Assembly: GCA_018269005.1 (NCBI GenBank)
Contig: JAFDVK010000053.1
Span: 28,687-92,686 of the forward strand
From: Acidobacteriota bacterium
GTDB lineage: Bacteria > Acidobacteriota > Blastocatellia > Pyrinomonadales > Pyrinomonadaceae
DNA length: 64,000 bases
Direction of reading: 5' to 3'
Positions 47,956 to 54,831 of this stretch are shown here, in pieces. Numbering within the stretch: position 1 is the first letter of the stretch; each line of letters starts with the position of its first letter. The notes under the pieces were generated by a model. The model was not told the DNA's origin, searched no databases, and was given only the letters and a program-made list of their open reading frames with translations. The position numbers and the translations under genes are program-made.

Positions 47956-48203
47956 ATTTCAGCGAGAATCTTGTTTCTTAGTTTGTCATCCGAGAGTCTA
48001 AAGGATGCGTTGGGTATAAAATAGAATATTTGTTCGTCGACCGATTCTGCCTCTTTTGATCTGTACTGTCCGGTCGAATCGAATAGCAACTCGTCCAGAA
48101 GTTCGGAGGCGACGTTGAGGACGCCAAGTTCGCCGCCGAAGTCGATCGTTCTAAGGCGATAGCACCGCCCTCTGAATTCAATTGAATCGTTTCGCATACT
48201 CAA
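47952..48203 (-). CDS. small protein (83 aa) translationally coupled to the nuclease-fold gene
   Basis: 4-nt overlap with the downstream gene, low G+C, no recognisable motif. Confidence 0.5.
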   Translation of the reverse strand: MSMRNDSIEFRGRCYRLRTIDFGGELGVLNVASELLDELLFDSTGQYRSKEAESVDEQIFYFIPNASFRLSDDKLRNKILAEI

Positions 48204-48403
48204 ATCCCTTTCGCTCTAGCGTTGATAAGATGGATTACCGATTCATCGGTCGCGATCAAGAACCTCGCTAGATACAATCAAATATGATGCTCCCGCGATC
48301 TAGGGCTAGCCTAGCGTTAGTTTAACATGCCCGAGCCGCGGGGCCGACTGCGCGGGGTATCGCAATTTTCGGTCAGCCATTTGCCGAATTCTGATGAATT
48401 CAA

Positions 48404-48433
48404 GAACCCAGTCGCTATCGCTCCCGGTTCTGA
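48404..48433. repeat. REP copy (AACCCAGTCGCTATCGCTCCCGGTTCTGAC), direct with respect to 47402-47431
   Basis: Exact reverse complement of 46830-46859. It overlaps the last codons and stop of the DUF1990 gene. Confidence 0.8.
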
Positions 48434-49014
48434 CACGGCTCAATGTTGTTTGAATTTACCGCACGGAGCATGGCGGCTTTTGAGTCGCGGACGAAAGAGC
48501 GTTGGAGATAGCGGCTGACGGGGTAGCCGAGTTTTGCGACCAGAGCGTTCGGCCGTGAGAAGGCGAGAAGGTCGTACCAAACTTCTTCGGTTTCGGGATC
48601 GAACTCGACAGAGAAGCGTTCTTCGCCCATTTCGACATGTTCGGCGAGCGTCCCGTACGCGAAGCCGAAGCAGCAGGGTTCATCAATGACATACACGATC
48701 CGGGCAGAGCTCATCGAGTAGAATCCGAAATGGCGAACGATCATCGCGACATTTCGGCCTTCCTCGATCGGTGTATCGTTACGGACAAGCTTTACCCAAT
48801 CAAAGTCGAACATCTTCCACGAGCGGATCGCGTCCTTCGCTTGCTCGAAGTCGTCCGGTCCGCGTCCGATCATCACGCGATTGTGATCAAGGTTAAATCC
48901 GGACGGAGTTTCGCCTCTTGTAGCACCAACATCGGTATAGGAAAATGTGCTTTTCGCCGCCTTTCTTAGAAATTCTGCGATCACGGCGTCGGTCGGCTCA
49001 GAAAGAACGAACAT
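48415..49014 (-). CDS. DUF1990 domain protein
   Basis: ..FSYTDVGATRGE.P.GF..D......IG.G...F..A..A...W.MF.. signature. Confidence 0.85.
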   Translation of the reverse strand: MFVLSEPTDAVIAEFLRKAAKSTFSYTDVGATRGETPSGFNLDHNRVMIGRGPDDFEQAKDAIRSWKMFDFDWVKLVRNDTPIEEGRNVAMIVRHFGFYSMSSARIVYVIDEPCCFGFAYGTLAEHVEMGEERFSVEFDPETEEVWYDLLAFSRPNALVAKLGYPVSRYLQRSFVRDSKAAMLRAVNSNNIEPCQNRER

Positions 49015-49128
49015 AATGCTAAAGTTACGACCCGGATAGCACGCGATGCAAGTTTGACAATAAAAATACCGCTAAGCTATTCTAATCGTTCGCCTAAATG
49101 GGCGAAAGGCGAGCATTTTCGCGTTCGT

Positions 49129-49203
49129 GTCCGGTTCGTCTAGGGGTTAGGACACCGCCCTTTCACGGCGGCAACACGGGTTCAAATCCCGTACCGGATA
49201 CCA
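49129..49203 (+). tRNA. tRNA-Glu (anticodon UUC), CCA encoded
   Basis: GTCCGGT-TC-GTCT-AGGGGTTA-GGAC-A-CCGCC-CTTTCAC-GGCGG-CAAC-ACGGG-TTCAAAT-CCCGT-ACCGGAT-A-CCA. Near-identical layout to E. coli tRNA-Glu. G1-U72 wobble in the acceptor stem. Confidence 0.92.
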
Positions 49204-49299
49204 TCTTTTTTGGAAAATACAGCATCACACCTTCGGGTTTTGCACGCGAATTCGCCTGCACTCATCATTTGAGTCGGCGAATTTTTCGTTTTTATTGAG

Positions 49300-51099
49300 A
49301 TGAAAAGAATCATTTTTCGTAACCTTCTCACGATCTTCCTCGGTGTGGTGCTTGCGGCAACGGCATTTTCGCAGACGCAGGCGACTGACACCGTGATGGT
49401 TCTGCCGTTCGAGAATACGTCCGGCAAGGCCGAATTTAACTGGGTCGGCGAGAGTTTTGCGGCCGCTTTGAGCGAGCTTCTTCAGGTGCCGACGCTGAAC
49501 GTCGTCTCGAACGACGAACGGAAGATCCTGCAGCAGAAACTCCGAATTCCACTCACATCGCTCCCGAGCCTTGCGACTTCCTTGAAACTCGCACGCGAGA
49601 AAGGCGCGACGATGCTGATCACCGGAACTTATAATATCGTGCCGGCACAGGGCGACAACGCCGCGGTTATAACCGTCACCGCAAAGATCGTCCGCGTCAA
49701 CGAAGGCCGTTTCCTGAGCGAATATATTGACGGAAAACAGGTTACGCGCGACATCAACCTAACGGACGCGCTTGGCAACCTTCAGTCGATCCAGGGCCAG
49801 ATCGCGTATCAGATACTCTACCAACGCGACAAATCCCTGCCGTATTCGCAGAACGACATCATTTCGACTGCGAGCAAAGTTCCTGCGAGGGCCTTTGAAG
49901 CCTATACAAAGGGCCTGCTTACGAATTTGACCGACGCGCGCGAGAACTATTTCAAGAATGCGATGCGTCTTTATGCGGAGGCCGTTCCGGACGGTGTTTA
50001 TTCCGCGGCAGCACTGGAATTGGGACACCTCTATTTGGCCGAAAGAAAGCTGAATGAGGCGCAGGATGCCTTCGAGCAGGTGATAAACGGCTACCAGCAA
50101 TGTGTTGACCGGGTGAAATCTGCTACTAAAAACGGCAGATGCAATGGCGACGATTACGCAGAGGCCGCGTTCTACGACGGTCTGATCCAACTCCGTGCCG
50201 GCCGATTTGAGATGGCTCTCGGGATACTGCGGCCTCTCGCCGAGGATCTGAAGCTTACGGCGATCTATAACGCAATTGGTGTGATCTCGGTGCAGGGTTC
50301 GCGTGCCGAGAAGAAGAATCCTGCGAAGGCAGCGGCGATGCTCGCAGAAGGCGTTTCCTTACTTAAGAAAGCTGCCGAATCAGAACCGAACAACGACAAT
50401 ATTCGCTTTAACTACGGCGCCGCATTGTTGATAAGCGGCGATATGGCCGAGGCCGCGAAGAGTCTTAAAGCCGCGATCGCTGCCAACACAAATGACGGCG
50501 ACGCATACTTTCTGCTCGCAAAGGCGATGGAGGAATTGAAGGATCCGCTTGCGGCCTCGATCGATAACCAGGCCCGCCAAAAGCTTACGGCGAATAATCG
50601 CTATGCTTCGCTGCAAAAAGAATGGGAAAAGTCCAAGACCGTTGACGATGTCCCGCTGCGTGTCGAACAGCCGACCAGAAAGGATTTCGTCGCCGTGATC
50701 TTGAGCCGAAAGCAGGAAACGGCCGTGCAGCCGCAGGTCAATGAGACCGAGGCTTTATTGGCAAAAGCTCGCACGATGGTCGCAAACGGACAGGATGACG
50801 AAGCGATGCCGGTTCTTCGGCGTATTCTCGCAAGCGAACCGATGAGCGCGGAAAGTTACCTTCTGCTCGGCAAGATACATCTTCGGCGCGGTGACATCGA
50901 TCAGGCGATCAGTTCGTTCAAGACCTCGATCTTTTGGGACAGCCGCATGATCGAGGCACATGTAAATCTCGGGAAGATCTACGTCGAGAAGGGCGATTGC
51001 CAACAAGCCAAAACGTATGCAGCTTCTGCCGCCGAGATCGATGAGAACAACGAAGACGTGATCGCCCTCGAACGCCTTGCCGATCGGTGCTCAAAATAA
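49300..51099 (+). CDS. secreted TPR-repeat protein
   Basis: Signal peptide MKRIIFRNLLTIFLGVVLAATAFSQ. Multiple TPR units in the C-terminal two thirds. Confidence 0.85.
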   Translation: MKRIIFRNLLTIFLGVVLAATAFSQTQATDTVMVLPFENTSGKAEFNWVGESFAAALSELLQVPTLNVVSNDERKILQQKLRIPLTSLPSLATSLKLAREKGATMLITGTYNIVPAQGDNAAVITVTAKIVRVNEGRFLSEYIDGKQVTRDINLTDALGNLQSIQGQIAYQILYQRDKSLPYSQNDIISTASKVPARAFEAYTKGLLTNLTDARENYFKNAMRLYAEAVPDGVYSAAALELGHLYLAERKLNEAQDAFEQVINGYQQCVDRVKSATKNGRCNGDDYAEAAFYDGLIQLRAGRFEMALGILRPLAEDLKLTAIYNAIGVISVQGSRAEKKNPAKAAAMLAEGVSLLKKAAESEPNNDNIRFNYGAALLISGDMAEAAKSLKAAIAANTNDGDAYFLLAKAMEELKDPLAASIDNQARQKLTANNRYASLQKEWEKSKTVDDVPLRVEQPTRKDFVAVILSRKQETAVQPQVNETEALLAKARTMVANGQDDEAMPVLRRILASEPMSAESYLLLGKIHLRRGDIDQAISSFKTSIFWDSRMIEAHVNLGKIYVEKGDCQQAKTYAASAAEIDENNEDVIALERLADRCSK

Positions 51100-51203
51100 T
51101 GCTGTTCGCGCGGTCTGTTCGGCTGATATAATTAGAATTCCCTTGGGCGGTTTTGGGGCTGCCTGAGCTGGTTGAAAAAAAATCTGGAACTCTCGGGTAT
51201 TTG

Positions 51204-51219
51204 TGGCACGCTACGTGCT
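51204..51219 (+). promoter_or_regulatory. sigma54 (-24/-12) promoter TGGCACG-CTAC-GTGCT
   Basis: Matches TGGCACG-N4-TTGCW at all positions except one. GG (51205-06) and GC (51217-18) are exactly 12 nt apart. Confidence 0.6.
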
Positions 51220-51229
51220 TAAGAGAAAA

Positions 51230-51375
51230 GTGGCTAGCTTGATGAGATTTATCAAGACCCCGCCGCCAACTCTACTCCGAGCGCGGTTTGCCACTGTGCT
51301 CTTACACCTTCCGAGCGTTCCTTCAGTTGTCCTACCATACAAGCCCGGTCTCGCTAGAGACCGGGCTTTCTTAAT
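51230..51375 (+). ncRNA. candidate sigma54-dependent small RNA (~140 nt)
   Basis: Predicted +1 near 51230. 5' GTGGC (51230-34) pairs with GCCAC (51290-94), enclosing hairpin CTTGAT/ATCAAG. A CU-rich linker follows, then a terminator. The only ORF here (51203..51430) starts inside the promoter and runs through the terminator. Confidence 0.5.
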
Positions 51376-51382
51376 TTTATTT
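51343..51382 (+). terminator. intrinsic terminator
   Basis: GCCCGGTCTC (51343-52), loop GCTA, GAGACCGGGC (51357-66), then TTTCTTAATTTTATTT. Confidence 0.7.
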
Positions 51383-51656
51383 AGCAAATATCGTGGAATG
51401 CCGTTAAATAAAGGGGTTCGTTCAATTTGAATGAAACACGATCCTGCGGTGACGCAGGGTGCGTCGGTCAGGCTGATTTTATTTCAAAATGACAGGGTCG
51501 CTCCCCGAAAATTGCCGAAAGTGACAGCTTCCGTCAGAGGAAAGGTGACAATTTGCGTCACACGCGTTCACGTTGCCGTATTTTCGTTCATATTGAATTG
51601 ACCAAATCGGTCAACGCGCACGGCTTTCGTCTGCCGAAACTGGTAAAATTTTTTAA

Positions 51657-53348
51657 GTGATCGGACTTTTGAAAAAAGTGTTTCCGGGTGTTCGAAATGT
51701 CGTGTTGGCAATCGCCTCCGCATTGATGCTCGTATTGGCGTTTCCCGACAGCGGCTGGTGGTGGTTGGCGTGGTTCGCATTTGTTCCTTTCCTCCTCGCC
51801 GTCGTTGACGAAAGGAACACCATACCGTCATTCGTTCTTGGCCTTATCTTCGGGACCGCCTATTTTTTCGGAACGTGTTGGTGGCTCGCCCATGCGCCGA
51901 TCCACTACGGAGCTTTTCCGCCGGTATTAGCATACCTGCTGATCTTTATCGCCTGTTCGATCGCAGGACTCTTCCCCGCGGTCTTTGCACTGGTTCTCAA
52001 TGCGATCTCAAGAAGGTGCGGTTCGTGGAGCCTGCTCGCGGCACCTTTTGTTTGGGTTTTTAGCGAATATCTGCGGTTGTGGATCACAGGGAACAATTGG
52101 AATGCGGTGGGCTATTCTCAGGCCTTCTCGCCGCACGCGATACTGAACATGGCGTCGGTCGGCGGCGTTTACCTCGTGAGTTTCAATATCGTTGCCTTTA
52201 GTACGCTGATCGCCGCCGCTATAAAGGTTGCTGTCTCAACCTCGACGTCAGATGCTTTTGAACGCCGCGTTCCGTTGCTCGCTTTGGGTACATATTTCGT
52301 TGCTCCGGCGGGAATAATATACCTTTTGGTCGATCCCACGATGAGGTCGGCCTTTGCTCAAAAAGGAAAGCGAAACCTGTCGCTTGCGTTGGTCGCGGTC
52401 CCGACGGCGGCGGCAGCTCTCCTATTCTTTTTTGCGATGGGTACAACGACCGAAGCAAAGCTGTCAGACTCGACCGATCTTGCCGCTACGGCGGTCGTCG
52501 TTCAGGCGGACGTTCCGATGAGTCCGCTTTCTGCGGTCAAGCTGGACCAGCTTCGCAGCCGTCAGATCCAGCTTGCGACCGAACGTTTAGCGGATGTTCG
52601 GTCCGGCACGAAGCTCGTGATACTGCCCGAATCGCCGATGAACTATATGTACACGGACGATCGCGAGTTCCAGACGTTCATCGATAATTTCGCACGGCGG
52701 AACAACGCGTGGGTGCTCTTCAATTCCGCAGAGCCGGATAATGAGTCGACGCGATATTTCAACTCGGCGGTTATGATCGATCCGAGCGGAAGGAAGGTCG
52801 GGCAATACAACAAGATCCACCTCGTGCCATTCGGCGAGGCGATGCCTTTTCCGCTTGATGGAGTTCTTCCCGGATTGGTCGGAACCTTTGCCTATGGCCG
52901 AACCTACGACGTTCTTCCGGTCGGTGATGCGAAGGCGGGTATCCTGATCTGCTTTGAATCCAATTTCGGTACGCTTTCGCGCCGATTCGTCGCCGATGGT
53001 GCGGACGTGCTTATCGAGCTCACGAACGATGGTTACCTTGGGCCGACGCCCGTTCTGAAGCAGCATCTTGCGAACGCTGTCTTTCGCGCGGTCGAGACCT
53101 CGCGGCCCGTTCTTCGGGCCACCAATGTCGGGATAACAGGCTATATCGATGAAAGCGGTAATATCTCCGATACTCTTCCTGTTTACGAGGAAGGCACACG
53201 GATCTGGCCGATCCGCAAGAGCAGCGGCAGGATGACATTCTATGTGCGGTTCGGCGATTGGGTCGCGTGGCTGGGAACGCTCGCAACACTTGTATTGTTG
53301 GGCTACTCGATCGCGAGTGGTCGCCGACCGCAGCACCGTGAGCTATAA
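51657..53348 (+). CDS. lnt: apolipoprotein N-acyltransferase
   Basis: N-terminal multi-TM domain plus a C-terminal CN-hydrolase domain (..VVVQADVPM.., ..LVILPES.., ..ILICFES..). GTG start at 51657. Confidence 0.92.
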   Translation: MIGLLKKVFPGVRNVVLAIASALMLVLAFPDSGWWWLAWFAFVPFLLAVVDERNTIPSFVLGLIFGTAYFFGTCWWLAHAPIHYGAFPPVLAYLLIFIACSIAGLFPAVFALVLNAISRRCGSWSLLAAPFVWVFSEYLRLWITGNNWNAVGYSQAFSPHAILNMASVGGVYLVSFNIVAFSTLIAAAIKVAVSTSTSDAFERRVPLLALGTYFVAPAGIIYLLVDPTMRSAFAQKGKRNLSLALVAVPTAAAALLFFFAMGTTTEAKLSDSTDLAATAVVVQADVPMSPLSAVKLDQLRSRQIQLATERLADVRSGTKLVILPESPMNYMYTDDREFQTFIDNFARRNNAWVLFNSAEPDNESTRYFNSAVMIDPSGRKVGQYNKIHLVPFGEAMPFPLDGVLPGLVGTFAYGRTYDVLPVGDAKAGILICFESNFGTLSRRFVADGADVLIELTNDGYLGPTPVLKQHLANAVFRAVETSRPVLRATNVGITGYIDESGNISDTLPVYEEGTRIWPIRKSSGRMTFYVRFGDWVAWLGTLATLVLLGYSIASGRRPQHREL

Positions 53349-53388
53349 TGTCCAATCGCTATCGAATGCGTTTACGGCTTTTTAAAAT

Positions 53389-54496
53389 ATGGAACTAACG
53401 GACCTGCACTCAAAACACGATGAGATCAAAGATAAAGTTGCCCAACTTGGGAGGTTTCTTTGACGCGCCTCAGAAACGCAAACAGCTAGAACAATTCGAA
53501 GAGCAGATCGCCCAACCGGGCTTTTGGGATGATTCTGCATCGGCGCAGAAGGTCGTGCAGCAGCGATCGCGCATCGAGAAAGCTCTTGAACGCCAGAAAG
53601 GGTTCGAAACCGGCGTTTCGGATGCCGAGGTGCTCTTCGAGTTCGCCGAATCGGACGATGCATCGGCAGCAGATCTCGAAGATCTGATCGCTAAGCTCGA
53701 CACAGAAGTGGCCGCCGCGGAGATAGAATCTCTGCTCTCTGGTGAAACCGACGCTAATAATGCGATCTGTTCGCTTCAGGCAGGTGCGGGCGGCACGGAC
53801 GCGCAGGATTTCGCACAGATGCTGCTTAGGATGTATCTCCGCTGGGCAGAGCGAAAAGGGTTTAGGGCTGAGATACTCGACGAACAGGCCGGAAGCGAAG
53901 CCGGTATCAAGTCCGCTACGTTCCGCATCGAGGGCGATTACGCCTATGGCCTTCTGGCGGCTGAGGCCGGCGTGCATCGCCTCGTTCGCATTTCGCCGTT
54001 CAATTCCGGCGGCAGCCGCGAGACGTCCTTTGCGTCGATGTTCGTGAGCCCGGAGATCGACGAGAATATCGAGGTCAATATCGAGGACAAGGACCTTCGC
54101 GTCGATACGTATCGCTCGACCGGTGCGGGCGGCCAGCATGTGAATACGACCGATTCGGCGGTTCGCATCACGCATTTGCCTACCGGCATCGTCGTGACCT
54201 GCCAGAATCAGCGTTCACAGATCCAGAACCGTGCTGTCGCGATGCAGGTGCTGCGCTCTAAGCTCTACGAACTCGAGCTCGAAAAACGCCGCGAAGGTGC
54301 CGCCGAACTCGAGGCGGGAAAGATGGACATCTCGTTCGGTTCACAGATCCGCAATTACGTTCTTCATCCGTATCGCCTCGTCAAAGATACGCGCACAAAG
54401 CACGAGACGGCCGACGTCGATTCCGTTCTTGACGGCGAGATCGACGAGTTCATCCAGGAAGTACTTCTTTATAAAAAGGGAACGGCCGCGAGCTGA
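53389..54496 (+). CDS. prfB: peptide chain release factor 2, expressed via programmed +1 frameshift
   Basis: Frame 0: ATG at 53389 ..MELTDLHSKHDEIKDKVAQLGRFL, then in-frame TGA at 53461-63 in the context GGGAGG-TTT-CTT-TGA-C. A +1 shift joins it to the 53420..54496 ORF (..DAPQKRKQLE.., SPF and GGQ (GAGGQHVN) motifs). Confidence 0.95.
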
Positions 54497-54612
54497 AGAA
54501 TTTCGGATCGCTGAAGGTCGAAACGTGCCTGCAAAGATTACCGACGATGTGCGCGCCGCAAAATGGCGTCGCGGCCTTATTCTCTGGAATCGCCGAATTG
54601 TGAATTCTGCTC

Positions 54613-54641
54613 TTGACACCGTTTGAAAATCGGGTATATTC
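54613..54641 (+). promoter_or_regulatory. sigma70-like promoter TTGACA-N16/17-TATATT
   Basis: cTTGACAccgtttgaaaatcgggTATATTcc. It would give a ~190-nt leader for the giant gene. Confidence 0.35.
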
Positions 54642-54831
54642 CATACTCAAAAGACAAAACTTTGGCCTTTGTTGGATTCCCAAACCCCTAACTGCGAGTT
54701 TACGACAGTCGAACGGATCCAGCTGTATGCAGCCGGATCGTCGCGACCATGTGCAAGCATCGCCCGCAAAATGGTCGTTCTTTTGAAAAGGATCAAGGCT
54801 ATGTCTGAAATCTACTCAGGAGCAAGAGAAA

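Noticed and set aside
51203-51430. 75-aa ORF as a protein gene
   Set aside because: Its GTG start lies inside the sigma54 promoter and the frame runs through a strong terminator hairpin. There is no RBS. It is better explained as a non-coding RNA locus.
53420-53461. Met at 53420 as the prfB start
   Set aside because: It is an artefact of the +1 frame. The true start is the ATG at 53389 in frame 0, upstream of the CTT-TGA-C shift site.
54642-54831. c-di-GMP riboswitch in the leader of the giant gene
   Set aside because: No GEMM-like conserved segments could be identified by eye. It remains only a long-leader observation.
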